In this document: one piece after another, positions 1 to 9,338 of the stretch
Position numbering within the stretch: position 1 is the first letter of the stretch
Layout: the number at the start of each line of letters is the position of its first letter
Source of the DNA: an uncultured Acidobacteriota bacterium
GTDB taxonomy: Bacteria > Acidobacteriota > Thermoanaerobaculia > Multivoradales > UBA5704
Length of the DNA: 64,000 nt
NCBI GenBank assembly: GCA_963770895.1
Contig: CAVYRF010000002.1
Location: forward strand, 3,616,001 to 3,680,000
Direction: 5' to 3'
Made by a program: the position numbers and the translations under genes
Notes under the pieces: model-generated
What the model was told of the DNA's origin: nothing
Seen by the model: only the letters and a program-made list of their open reading frames with translations
Databases searched by the model: none

Positions 1-851
1 CCGCCGGTGACCGGGCCGACATTCGGGGGCGCCGGCGGGGCTGCCGCGGCGTCTGGCCCTGCGGCATCGCCACCTGCGCGGCCCTGGCTTCCGCCGCCGG
101 CGTCCCCGCCACCGTCCCCGCGGCTACCCCTGCCGCCATCCCAGCCTTCGCTGGCCGGGAACCAGCGGCCCTGCCGTGGCGCACCCTGAGCGGCGCCGAT
201 CGCGATCGCCAGCGGCGAGCGCAGGGCGCGCTGGAAGGCGGCGCGGGGGCTGCCGGGCGGTTCGCCGGTGCCAGTCGTGGTTGCAGTTGCGAAGGGTCCG
301 CCGCCGGCCCCATAAGCTTCCGCGCCGCCCTGTCCGCCGGCGCCTGCCTGGGCGGTGCCGGCCGCGCCGGCCGCCGCGTTGCGATCGCCGCCGGGCGCCT
401 GCAGCAGGCGCATCAGGCGGGCGGTTTCGGCCGCCGCGGACGGGTCGGCGCCCTGAGCGTCGCCGGCGCCATCGACCGCGCCGGTGCCGCCTGCGGCACC
501 GATCCCGGCGCCGGCTCCGGCGGCACCAGCGCCGGCGGCTCCGGCCCCGCCTCCGGCGGCCAGTCCAGCCGCGATCGCCGCGGCAGCATCGCCGGCGCCC
601 GCCGGCCGCCCGGCCACGGTGCCGGGAGCCAGGCGCAGGAAGCCGGGGGCGCCGCCTTCGAGGCGTTGCGCCAGCGCCAGGCCGGTCGCCCGCGGCGGCG
701 GTGGCGGCGCGGCCAGGAAGACCGCCGCCAGCAGGGTGACGATCAGGATGAGCGCCGCCACCAGCAGCACGGCGCGGTTGAGCCGCCGTACGGTGTGGGA
801 CAGGATGGGCGGCACCTTGGACGGCAGCGGCGAGCCGGAAACCGGGTCCAT
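1..851 (-). CDS. trbI: TrbI/VirB10 conjugal transfer protein, N-terminal part (runs off window)
   Basis: ATG at 851 after GGAGGAG, just past the trbG stop; MDPVSGSPLPSKVPPILSHTVRRLNRAVLLVAALILIVTLL has the VRRLNR+TM start typical of TrbI, then a Pro/Ala-rich linker; canonical position after trbG. Confidence 0.75.
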   Translation of the reverse strand, partial: MDPVSGSPLPSKVPPILSHTVRRLNRAVLLVAALILIVTLLAAVFLAAPPPPPRATGLALAQRLEGGAPGFLRLAPGTVAGRPAGAGDAAAAIAAGLAAGGGAGAAGAGAAGAGAGIGAAGGTGAVDGAGDAQGADPSAAAETARLMRLLQAPGGDRNAAAGAAGTAQAGAGGQGGAEAYGAGGGPFATATTTGTGEPPGSPRAAFQRALRSPLAIAIGAAQGAPRQGRWFPASEGWDGGRGSRGDGGGDAGGGSQGRAGGDAAGPDAAAAPPAPPNVGPVTG

Positions 852-854
852 GGC

Positions 855-2033
855 TCACTCCTCCCTGCCGGCGGCGCCGGCGGCACCGGGGGCGCCGGCG
901 GTGGCGGCCGGGTCGTCTGCCGTCCGCCGGGGGCGCTGGCGGCCGGCCGCGTGGTTGACGATTTCGAGCTGCTGCCGGTGACCCTTGCCGGCGCCGTCGC
1001 CGATCACCAGCACGGCGCGGTCGACGACGCGGTCGGTGACGTAGGCCTGCTGCTCCAGCCGGTAGTTGAGCAGGGCCAGGGAGCCGTCGGGCTGGGCCGC
1101 CAGCAGCGCCGGCGCCTCGGCGTGGCGGGCGGCGTCGGGGAGCAGGATGTAGGTGTGCTCGCCGTCGTCGAACACCTGCGACGGCGTCCACGGGAAGCCG
1201 CGGTCGCGGCGCCAGCGGTAGTCGAAGTTGAGCTGCGACAGCGCGACGCCGGGGGCCAGCGCGGCCGGCGCCCGCGCCGCGGCGGCGGCGGCCGCGGCCT
1301 GGGCCGCCGCGGCGGCGCGCTCGGCGTCGGCCCAGCGCCGCACCAGGTCTTCGGGGTAGTAGAAGCGCAGCAGGCCGGTGTAGGGCAGGCGTGGGTTGTA
1401 GCGTTGCGCGGCGCCGCGCGGTTCGCGGCAGGGCGGCGAATCCAGGCTGACCTCGTAGACCCGCCGGTCGGTCGCGATCACCAGGTTGGTGCTGACGTCG
1501 CACGCGGTCGGCTTGACCAGGACCAGCGGGGTGCGGGCTCCCGGCCCCGACGCCGCGGTCTGCACCAGCCAGCGTTCGCTGTCGCCGGTGGCGGTGGCGA
1601 GCAGCGTTTCGGCTTCCTCCAGCTGGATCGCGCAGGCGCGCAGCGGCGCGCACCGCACCACCGGCCGGGTGTGGCCGTAGGGCACCAGCACCGTCGCGCC
1701 GCCCAGCTCCAGCGACTTGAGGTCCGCCGCGTCGCCGCTGGCGCGCCAGGCGCGCGTCAGCGCCTCCCCTGCGCCCGCGCCCTGGTCCGCGCCGTCGCCG
1801 CCGGCGGCGGATGGCGCCGCGGCGGCGGCCGCGCCGGCGCCCGCGGCAGCGGCAGGGGCGGTGGGGTCGGAGACCGGGGCAGGGGCGGCGCCGGCGGTCC
1901 AGGGGCAGATGAGCAGCACGGCGAGCCAGCAGGCCGGCGCCGGCCACGGCAGGCGGCGGCGCCGGGAGCGGGCGGCGGCGAGGGCGCCATGGCAGGCGGC
2001 GCCGGAGGCGGGGGAGAGGGGCGGGCGGATCAT
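855..2033 (-). CDS. trbG: TrbG/VirB9 T4SS core complex protein
   Basis: Signal-like N-terminus; motifs IQLEEAE, GDSERWLV, TNLVIATDRRVY, LNFDY, WTPSQVFDDGEHTYI, LLNYR. Confidence 0.9.
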   Translation of the reverse strand: MIRPPLSPASGAACHGALAAARSRRRRLPWPAPACWLAVLLICPWTAGAAPAPVSDPTAPAAAAGAGAAAAAAPSAAGGDGADQGAGAGEALTRAWRASGDAADLKSLELGGATVLVPYGHTRPVVRCAPLRACAIQLEEAETLLATATGDSERWLVQTAASGPGARTPLVLVKPTACDVSTNLVIATDRRVYEVSLDSPPCREPRGAAQRYNPRLPYTGLLRFYYPEDLVRRWADAERAAAAAQAAAAAAAARAPAALAPGVALSQLNFDYRWRRDRGFPWTPSQVFDDGEHTYILLPDAARHAEAPALLAAQPDGSLALLNYRLEQQAYVTDRVVDRAVLVIGDGAGKGHRQQLEIVNHAAGRQRPRRTADDPAATAGAPGAAGAAGREE

Positions 2034-2806
2034 CGCGGGTCTCCCATGGAGAGCTGCGTCCAGTTGATCTCGGTGACGAACAGGCCGAGCGGGTTGGTGA
2101 GGATGGCGGCGGCGGTCTCGGGCGGCTGCTGCTCGACGCGCAGGTAGGCTTCCCAGGCGGCGGCGCGCGGCGCACCGGCGAAACGGGGGCGCTCGATCTC
2201 GCGCCAGCTGACCTTCCAGGTCTGGCTGCGCGGCACCTGCAGCACGGCGGTGACGTCGACCTGGCGGGTGATGCCGCGGCCGAGCACGCGCGGGTCGTGG
2301 GCGGGATCGGCGAACCAGGCGTCGAGGGTGGCGCGGGCGGGGCCAGCCAGGTAGGCGTAGGCGTCCAGCAGCCGCACGCGCTCGGCTTCGGGATCGGCGG
2401 AGACGGCGCGCAGGTTGCGGATGAGCGCCGCCAGCTGGAACACGGTGACGCGGCTGTCGCCGCGGCGCAGACGTTCGGCGGGACCGAACGCCAGGGCCTG
2501 GCCGAAGCGATCGACTTCGACCACGTAGGGGGTGATGCGCGAGGCGGCGCCCTGGCGGATGTAGGCGGCCAGGACGCCGGCCAGCAGCGCCAGCAGGGCG
2601 AAGCTGACCAGCTGCCAGTTGCGCTTGCCCTTGGCGAGGTCGCCGAAGACGCTGGCGAACTCGTGGCGCGCGGCCAGGAACGGATTGGCCGCGGGCCGCC
2701 GGGCCGCGGCGACGTCCCTGCTGCGATCGGTGCGATCGGTGCGATCGGTGCGATCGGGCCGAGCGGGCCGATCGGGGCGGGCGGTGCGAGCGGGCCGGCC
2801 GGTCAT
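2030..2806 (-). CDS. trbF: TrbF/VirB8 family protein
   Basis: ATG overlaps trbL stop (ATGA); NPFLAAR...NWQL + TM, PYVVEVD, C-terminal NPLGLFV. Confidence 0.9.
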   Translation of the reverse strand: MTGRPARTARPDRPARPDRTDRTDRTDRSRDVAAARRPAANPFLAARHEFASVFGDLAKGKRNWQLVSFALLALLAGVLAAYIRQGAASRITPYVVEVDRFGQALAFGPAERLRRGDSRVTVFQLAALIRNLRAVSADPEAERVRLLDAYAYLAGPARATLDAWFADPAHDPRVLGRGITRQVDVTAVLQVPRSQTWKVSWREIERPRFAGAPRAAAWEAYLRVEQQPPETAAAILTNPLGLFVTEINWTQLSMGDPR

Positions 2807-3819
2807 CGCAGCGAGTCCTGGAGCCGCAGGGTGGCGCCCTGGGTGAGCCGCGCCGCCACCGCCGCCGGCACCCGCCACACCAGCAGACAGAGGATGAGGG
2901 CGCCGGCGAGCAGCTGGAAATCCAGCGTCAGCGACGGCGCCGGGGGCTGTCCGCCGGCGCCGGCCGGCGTCAGGCTGAGCACCACCCACTGCCGCGACAG
3001 AGCGGTGCCGACGCCGGCCAGCAGGTACAGCAGGTAGACCCGGACGCCGGTCTGGAAGGCGTACAGCAGGTAGCCCTCGGCAAAGGGCGCGGTGCCGCGG
3101 AAGCTGGCGAAGCCCAGGAACAGCGCCCCGCCGGTGAGCACGATGTAGGTTTCGACCAGCGTCATGCAGATCTGCGCCGCGATGCCGGCGTAGGCCAGGA
3201 CCACCAGCAGCGCCGTCGCCGAGGCCACGATGTTGCCGGTGGGATCGGTGAGAAAGCCGGCGTTGCCGACGGCGAGCAGCAGGTTGGAGGCGATGGTGAT
3301 GCCCAGGTCGAGCAGCTGCGACGGGTTGACGGCGGTGGTGCCGGTGGCGCTCTGGCCGGCCGCCTCGAAGCCGCGGGTGATGGCGGGCACCCACAGCGGG
3401 AACAGGTAGATCAGGCTGAACAGGAACGACAGCAGCATGAACTTGCGCAGCAGCGCCGCCAGCGCCGCGTCCAGGCCGTCGCGGCCGAGCGCCCACCAGA
3501 TGCCGGACACCGCCAGCTCCAGCGTGGCGAGCAGCGCGAAGGTCCGTTCGGCCAGCGGCACGATGCGCGCAAGCCAGCCGGCGGCGGCCGTTTCGTAGTC
3601 CAGGACCAGGCCGTCCACGACGCCGGCCGCGTCCTGCTGCCGCGGCACCCCCGGCTCGCCGGCGGCGGCGCCGGCGGCGCGGGCGGGCACAGCGAGCGCC
3701 AGCGCCAGCAGCACCACCACTGCCAGCGCCGGCAGCACCGGCAGCGCCAGGCGGATCGGGCAAGCTCTCCCCATTGCCGCCGCGCTGGGGCGGCGGGCAG
3801 GTCCATGCAGGCTTGACAT
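2803..3819 (-). CDS. trbL: TrbL/VirB6 family inner membrane protein (short form)
   Basis: Multi-TM protein; AVNPSQLLDLG, TLVETYI, FLGFASFRGT motifs; lies between trbJ and trbF; start uncertain. Confidence 0.85.
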   Translation of the reverse strand: MSSLHGPARRPSAAAMGRACPIRLALPVLPALAVVVLLALALAVPARAAGAAAGEPGVPRQQDAAGVVDGLVLDYETAAAGWLARIVPLAERTFALLATLELAVSGIWWALGRDGLDAALAALLRKFMLLSFLFSLIYLFPLWVPAITRGFEAAGQSATGTTAVNPSQLLDLGITIASNLLLAVGNAGFLTDPTGNIVASATALLVVLAYAGIAAQICMTLVETYIVLTGGALFLGFASFRGTAPFAEGYLLYAFQTGVRVYLLYLLAGVGTALSRQWVVLSLTPAGAGGQPPAPSLTLDFQLLAGALILCLLVWRVPAAVAARLTQGATLRLQDSLR

Positions 3820-3831
3820 GGCGGCTCCGCG

Positions 3832-4650
3832 TCAGTCGGCCGGCCAGGCGGGCGGCGTGAAGGTCCAGCCTGGCGAGGCGTTGATGGCGGCGGCGCGGGC
3901 GGCGTCGGCGGTCATGGCGCCGAAGGTGGCGCGCGCCTGGGCTTCGCGGTTGATCCAGTAGCCGCCGGCGACCGCCTGCAGGTTGGTCTGGACGGCGAGC
4001 GCCTGGCGGGTCAGCAGCTGCTCCTGGGCGGAGAAGCCGGCGAGCGTGGTGAGCAGCTCGAGCGCCTGCTGGTGACCCTGGGTGCCGGCCATCTGGGCGC
4101 GGATCGCGGCCAGCAGCTGCTCGCCGGCGGCCAGCTCCTGGCCCTGGCGGGCGGCGGCGGCGAGGCCGGCGCGCAGGGTGTCGAGCGCCCGGTCGGTCTG
4201 CTGCGGGTAGGTGGTGCCGAAGGTCGCGGTCCAGCTCTGCCAGCCCGGATAGGTGGCGGTGAACTCGCCGCCGGGGTCGGGCAGCGAATAGCCGAGCGAC
4301 TGCCCCGAGCGCGCCAGCGCCGCCAGGTCGCCCAGCTCGCTCGCCACCTGGCGCCATGCCGGCGCGTCGAGCTTGCGCAGCGCCTGGAGCTGGTAGCGGA
4401 TCTGCTGCGCCTGGTTGGCCAGCTGCTCCACCTGCTGGTAGATCTGCAGGGCGAACTGCAGGTAGTGGACGTAGTGCCAGTGCGCGTTGAGCGCGATGTG
4501 CGCCACGTCGGTCACCGGGATGATCGCCGCCGCGGGCGGCGTCGCGGCGGCCGTCTGCAGGACCAGCGCCAGGGTCGCCGCGGCGGCGACCGTGCGGCGG
4601 CGGCGCGCGGCAGCGGGGGAGGGGGCGGGGGGGCGTGGCAGGATGGTCAT
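3832..4650 (-). CDS. trbJ: TrbJ/VirB5-like minor pilin
   Basis: ATG overlapping trbE stop; signal peptide then IPVTD, Gln-rich helices (QIYQQVEQLANQAQQI), GTQGHQQALE. Confidence 0.75.
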   Translation of the reverse strand: MTILPRPPAPSPAAARRRRTVAAAATLALVLQTAAATPPAAAIIPVTDVAHIALNAHWHYVHYLQFALQIYQQVEQLANQAQQIRYQLQALRKLDAPAWRQVASELGDLAALARSGQSLGYSLPDPGGEFTATYPGWQSWTATFGTTYPQQTDRALDTLRAGLAAAARQGQELAAGEQLLAAIRAQMAGTQGHQQALELLTTLAGFSAQEQLLTRQALAVQTNLQAVAGGYWINREAQARATFGAMTADAARAAAINASPGWTFTPPAWPAD

Positions 4651-7223
4651 CGCGGGGTCTCCTTCTGGACGGCGGGGGTGGCGGGTGCGAAGCCGGCGGC
4701 GAGCCGGTCGTAGAGCGGCAGGTGCGCGGCCAGGCCGCGGCTTTCCAGCCAGGCGCGCGGCCAGCCGGCGCCGTGGCTTTCGATCAGCTGGCGCGCCTGG
4801 GCGATCGCCTCGGGCAGGGTCATGCCCTCGGGGGTGCCGACGAAGGCGAGCGCCGCCGGGCCCAGGCCCAGCTCGAACAGGCGCGAGCCGCGCGGGCTCT
4901 TGAAGTAGTAATCGCGCTTGCGGCGGGCGTGGGCGATGAGGTGGATCTCGGCGTCGTTGAGGCCCAGGTCCAGGTAAAGGGCGCGGTGGCCGGGCGCGGC
5001 GGCCTCGGGGTTGGCCAGCAGGATGCGGGTGGGGCAGCTCTCCAGCAGCACGTGCCGCGACGGGCTGTCCCACAGCTGCGACAGGCTCTGCGTCGCCAGC
5101 ACCACGGCGGCGTTCTGCTTGCGCAGGGTGAGCAGCCACTGCTTGATGCGCGCCGCGAAGGCGCTTTTCATCAGCGGCAGCCAGGCTTCCTCGATCACCA
5201 GCAGCGACGGCCGCCCCTGCTCCAGGCGCTGTTCGACGCGATGGAAGAGATAGAGCAGGACCGGCAGCAGCACGCGGTCGTCCATGTCCACCAGGCGCTT
5301 GAGCTCGAAGACCTGGTAGGGGCCGCCGTCTTCCAGGTCGTCTCTCCCGGCGTCGAGCAGGTGGGCCAGGTTGCCTTCGGCATAGGGGGCCAGAGCGGCC
5401 GCCAGCTCGCGCTCCTGCAGCTGCGGCACCAGCTCGGACAGGCGCCGGTGCTGCCGCGGCTCGGTCGACAGCAGCGCCAGCGCCGCGGCCAGGGCCTGGC
5501 GCGCCGGCGGCGTCACCGCGACGCCGTTGACCGCCAGCACACCCTCCAGCCACTCCAGCGCCCACAGCCGTTCGCCGCGGCGGTCGATGGCGGCGAGCGG
5601 TTGCAGCGCCACCGGCTCGTTGACCAGGTCGTAGTGCCGGGCGCCGGCGGCGCGCGCCAGCAGCCACCCCGAGTAGCCGACGTCGAAGCTGAACGCCTGC
5701 GCCCGCGGGTAGCGCAGGAACTGCGCCAGCAGCAGGTTGAGCAGCGTGCTCTTGCCGGCGCCGGTGCCGCCGACGACCAGGGTGTGGCCGACGTCGTCGT
5801 CGTGCAGGTTGAGCCAGAACGGGGTGGCGCCGGTGGTCGCCGCCCACAGCAGCGCCGGGCTGCGGCGCGGGAACAGCGGCGACGGGTTGTGCGGCAGGCC
5901 GGGCCAGACGCTGGTGACCGGCAGCAGGTCGGCCAGGTTGCGGCTCGACACCAGCGGCCGCCGCAGGTTGGCCCAGCCGTGGCCGGGGAGGCTGCCGCGC
6001 AGCGCCTCCAGGGCGTTGACGTCTTCGACGCGGGCGGTGAAGCCGCGGTCGTTGAGCGCCTTGACCACTTCGGCGGCGTTCTGGTCGGCGCGCGCCGCGT
6101 CGCGCTCGGCGACCAGCACCACCGGCGTGTACAGGCAGAAGCGGACGCGGCCGGAGGCGTTGTCCGCCGCCGCCAGCGCCGCGTCGCGCGCCATGGCGCC
6201 GGCGTCCTGATCCAGGAACAGCTCGTCGTCGCGCTCGCGTGCGGCGCTGGGCGCGGCGCCGTCGCCCACCGTCAGCTCGCGCAGCCAGGAGGCGGCGCCG
6301 CGGCGCTTTTTGAACCAGCCCAGGCGGACGCGGGCGATGTGGCGCGCCGCGACGGCCTGCGACAGCGGGATGATGCGGTGGGAGGCGCGGAAGGCGAAGC
6401 CCAGGCCGCCCAGGAAGTCCAGGATGCCGGAGAACGATTCGTGTGGGAAACCGTGGATGGCGACGATGCGCACCGCCAGGTCGCCCACCCGCGGCATCCA
6501 GCCGCCGGCGACCGGCTGGTCGGCGAGCAGCCCGTCCAGCCAGGCGCCGTGGGCCGGCGCCTTGACCGGGTGGTCGAGGCCGGTCAGGCAGGCGTGCAGG
6601 TGGGTGAGCAACTCGTCCGAGCCCAGGCGCACCACCTTGAGATGGGTGGACAGGCGCCGTTCGAGCTGCGCCGCCTCCGACTGGAAGGTGTCGTGCAGCT
6701 CGCTCCAGGCCCGCAGGCCGCCGCCCTGGCGGCCGCGCACGAAGAGGGCCGCCAGGCGCGAATACAGCTCGCGCGGCGGCAGGTAGGTGGCGGCCAGCAC
6801 GCTGTCGCTGACGAAGTGGCCTCCCGCCGTCTCGTAGGCGGCGCGCCGCTCGGCGTCGAGCAGCGCGGTGACCGGGTCGGGGAAGGCCCCCGGCGGCGCA
6901 TAGCCGAGCGCCGGGCGGCGGCGAAAATCGACGTGGAACATCCAGCCGTCGCCGTAGGGGAGCAGGGCGTCGTGCAGCTGGGCCGCCAGCGCCTCGAGCT
7001 CGGCGGCGGTGGCGGCCGCCAGGTCGGGGCCGCGGTAGCTCCAGGCGGTGAGCAGCGAGCCGTTCTTTTGCAGCACGGTGCCCGGCGCCACCAGGTGCAG
7101 CCAGCCGAGCAGGTCGCACAGGCCGCGCGGCTCGCGCCGGTGCTCGCGCAGGCGGTCGAGCAGCTGCGCGGCGGCGCCGCCGGCCACCAGGGTCAGCGCG
7201 GTTGTGATCGGCGTCAGGCTCAT
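4647..7223 (-). CDS. trbE: TrbE/VirB4 ATPase
   Basis: Walker A GHTLVVGGTGAGKS, Walker B LLVIEEAW, WLLTLRKQNAAVVLATQS, YRGPD; ATGA overlap with trbD. Confidence 0.95.
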   Translation of the reverse strand: MSLTPITTALTLVAGGAAAQLLDRLREHRREPRGLCDLLGWLHLVAPGTVLQKNGSLLTAWSYRGPDLAAATAAELEALAAQLHDALLPYGDGWMFHVDFRRRPALGYAPPGAFPDPVTALLDAERRAAYETAGGHFVSDSVLAATYLPPRELYSRLAALFVRGRQGGGLRAWSELHDTFQSEAAQLERRLSTHLKVVRLGSDELLTHLHACLTGLDHPVKAPAHGAWLDGLLADQPVAGGWMPRVGDLAVRIVAIHGFPHESFSGILDFLGGLGFAFRASHRIIPLSQAVAARHIARVRLGWFKKRRGAASWLRELTVGDGAAPSAARERDDELFLDQDAGAMARDAALAAADNASGRVRFCLYTPVVLVAERDAARADQNAAEVVKALNDRGFTARVEDVNALEALRGSLPGHGWANLRRPLVSSRNLADLLPVTSVWPGLPHNPSPLFPRRSPALLWAATTGATPFWLNLHDDDVGHTLVVGGTGAGKSTLLNLLLAQFLRYPRAQAFSFDVGYSGWLLARAAGARHYDLVNEPVALQPLAAIDRRGERLWALEWLEGVLAVNGVAVTPPARQALAAALALLSTEPRQHRRLSELVPQLQERELAAALAPYAEGNLAHLLDAGRDDLEDGGPYQVFELKRLVDMDDRVLLPVLLYLFHRVEQRLEQGRPSLLVIEEAWLPLMKSAFAARIKQWLLTLRKQNAAVVLATQSLSQLWDSPSRHVLLESCPTRILLANPEAAAPGHRALYLDLGLNDAEIHLIAHARRKRDYYFKSPRGSRLFELGLGPAALAFVGTPEGMTLPEAIAQARQLIESHGAGWPRAWLESRGLAAHLPLYDRLAAGFAPATPAVQKETPR

Positions 7224-7555
7224 GGCGTCGTCGGCAGCGCCGGGTCGGGAGGCGCGGGCGGCGCGTGGAGCGGCGCGCCGGCGGCGTAGAAGTCGGCGCC
7301 GCGCAGGCTGCGCACGTAGAGGTCGGCGACGCGCGGGTCCTTGGCGCACAGGAAGACGGCCAGGGGGTGGAAGACCAGGGCGTAGAACAGGGCGAGCGCC
7401 AGGGTGAGCAGGTGCGGCCCGGCTTCGAACAGCAGCAGGAACACCGCCGCCGCCTCGAACAGCAGGAACTGCGGCGCGACGCCGGCGTAGAGCACCGGCC
7501 GCCACAGCGAGGCGTGCAGGCGCGTCTTGGCCGGGGTGGTGGGCGTCGAGGTCAT
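7220..7555 (-). CDS. trbD: TrbD/VirB3 family protein
   Basis: LHASLWRPVLYAG...AKDP small membrane protein between trbC and trbE. Confidence 0.85.
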   Translation of the reverse strand: MTSTPTTPAKTRLHASLWRPVLYAGVAPQFLLFEAAAVFLLLFEAGPHLLTLALALFYALVFHPLAVFLCAKDPRVADLYVRSLRGADFYAAGAPLHAPPAPPDPALPTTP

Positions 7556-7577
7556 CGCGCTGGTCTCCGCCGTCTGG

Positions 7578-7940
7578 CTACAGCAGCGCGCCCTGGAAGC
7601 CGAGCGCATCCACCAGGTTGACCGCGCCGAGCACGATGGCGACGCCGAACAGCGCCTGGCCGAAGCGCTTGGCGCCCTGCTCGTGGCTGGTGAACGCCCA
7701 CATGGCGCCGCCCAGCACGAACGCCAGCGCGGCAATGGTCTTGGCGGTGGGACCGGTCAGGTTGTCCACCACCACCTGCAGCGGGTGGTTCCAGGGCAGG
7801 TCGGCGCCGCCGGTGCCGGCGACCGCCGGGCGGGTGGCGACCGCCGCCGCGGTGAGGGCGGCGGCCAGCCAGGCGCCGACGCGGCGGGTGACGGCGGTGG
7901 TGGCGGTGGCGGGTCTGGCAGGACGGAGCGGTGGGCGCAT
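7578..7940 (-). CDS. trbC: TrbC/VirB2 pilin
   Basis: Signal peptide then GGADLPWNHPLQVVVDNLTGPTAK and two hydrophobic helices. Confidence 0.9.
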   Translation of the reverse strand: MRPPLRPARPATATTAVTRRVGAWLAAALTAAAVATRPAVAGTGGADLPWNHPLQVVVDNLTGPTAKTIAALAFVLGGAMWAFTSHEQGAKRFGQALFGVAIVLGAVNLVDALGFQGALL

Positions 7941-8013
7941 GACGGGGTTTCCTCCGGGGTGGGGTCCAAGGCGGCCGTGGCAGCTGGGCGGTGGTTGGGG
8001 AGCGGTGGCGGGC

Positions 8014-8997
8014 TCACTCCGCGGGCAGCGAGCGCAGGCGGTAGGCGGCGCCGTCGTAGCCGCCGACCGCGGCCACCTCGGTGACGCGGCGCCCCTGGCT
8101 GCCGCCGGCGATCATCACCACCATCTGGACGGCGGCGCCGACCAGGTGCGGCTGCGGGCCGACGCGGTTGCGCTGTGCCAGGCGGTCCAGGCGGTCGAGC
8201 GCCGCCAGCGGGTCGTCGGCATGGAGGGTGGCGCAGCCGCCGGGGTGTCCGGTCTGCCAGGCGTCGCACAGGTCGAGCGCGGCTTCGTCGCGCACCTCGC
8301 CGACCACGATGCGGTCGGGCGAGGTGCGCAGCGCCGCCTTCACCAGGTCCTTGAGCTTGAGCGCTTCGGTGGTGCGCAGCGCCAGGCAGTCGGCGGCCGA
8401 ACAGCGCAGCTCCACCGTGTCCTCCAGGATGACGATGCGCGCGCGCGGCGCCTGGCGGGTGATCTCCAGCAGGATGGCGTTGCACAGCGTCGTCTTGCCG
8501 CTGCCGGTGCCGCCCGCCACCAGCACGTTGCGGCGCGCCGCCACCGCGTCGACGATCGCCGCGTGGTGGCGCCGGGCGAGCACGCCGGCCGTGACGTAGT
8601 GATCCAGGCTGTACACCACCGCCGGCGGCTTGCGCAGGTTGAAGCTGGGAGCGGCGACGAGCGGCGGCACGAACCCCTGCAGCCGCGCGCCCAGGAAGGT
8701 CGCGGCCGGCAGCTCCGCTTGCAGCTGCGGCCGCGCCGCATTGATCACGGTGCCCAGGCCGCTGGCCACGATGTTGAGGAACCGCTGCACCTGGCTGGCG
8801 GTGAGCGCCGTGCCGCTGTCGCGGCGGCCGCGGGCGCGGCTGTCGAGGAACAGCCGGCCGCCCGGATTGACGTAGATCTCGGTCACGTCGGGGTCGGCCA
8901 TGGCAGCCATCACCGCCGGCCCCACCGCCCGCGCCAGGGCGTCGCAATGGCGGCGTCCGGGGTCCATGCCGCCTGTCTCCGCGTCGTGCTCGGCCAT
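8014..8997 (-). CDS. trbB: TrbB/VirB11 traffic ATPase
   Basis: Walker A GGTGSGKTT, ILEDTVEL, ALRTSPDRIVVGEVRD, TGHPGGCATLHA; SD AAGGAGGT. Confidence 0.95.
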   Translation of the reverse strand: MAEHDAETGGMDPGRRHCDALARAVGPAVMAAMADPDVTEIYVNPGGRLFLDSRARGRRDSGTALTASQVQRFLNIVASGLGTVINAARPQLQAELPAATFLGARLQGFVPPLVAAPSFNLRKPPAVVYSLDHYVTAGVLARRHHAAIVDAVAARRNVLVAGGTGSGKTTLCNAILLEITRQAPRARIVILEDTVELRCSAADCLALRTTEALKLKDLVKAALRTSPDRIVVGEVRDEAALDLCDAWQTGHPGGCATLHADDPLAALDRLDRLAQRNRVGPQPHLVGAAVQMVVMIAGGSQGRRVTEVAAVGGYDGAAYRLRSLPAE

Positions 8998-9024
8998 CCG
9001 CGTACCTCCTTGATCGCGGAAGCC

Positions 9025-9053
9025 ATCCTAGACACTATTCTACGAATAGTCAA
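9025..9053 (-). promoter_or_regulatory. sigma70 promoter of trb operon with palindromic operator
   Basis: Minus strand TTGACT-N17-TAGGAT; inverted repeat ACTATTC-N3-GAATAGT (9034-9050) in the spacer, overlapping the -35. Confidence 0.75.
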
Positions 9054-9153
9054 GACTAGTGAGCGAATATATTTGAAGGCAGCCGAAGCCGATGCCGGAA
9101 CCGCGCCCGGACACGGGGGCCGGGGGGAGGGGTCAATCTGGTCCGCGGGAAAT

Positions 9154-9338
9154 GCGGGTCAGCTCAGGGGGGCGGCCGAGCCGTGGGAGGAGCGGATGAG
9201 CTCAGGGGGAGGCCGCCGAGCCGCCGAAGGAGCGGGTCAGCTCAGGGGAGGCCGCCGAGCCGCCGGAGGAGCGGGTCAGCTCAGGGGAGGCCGCCGAGCC
9301 GCGGGAGCAGCGGGTCAGCTCAGGGCAGATAGCCGAGC
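9154..9338. repeat. Tandem array of ~39-bp units (4 full + 1 partial)
   Basis: Units start at 9154, 9192, 9232, 9271, 9310; consensus GCGGGTCAGCTCAGGGGAGGCCGCCGAGCCGCCGGAGGA; last unit overlaps the sulfatase stop codon. Confidence 0.9.

Noticed and set aside
2030-7505. Long N-terminal extensions of trbF, trbJ and trbE in the ORF track (also 22597-25344, 24921-28406, 54449-56863)
   Set aside because: They overlap upstream genes in other frames; internal ATGs with SD or ATGA coupling fit better
9154-9338. CRISPR array
   Set aside because: Units are contiguous near-copies with no unique spacers, and no cas genes are in the window
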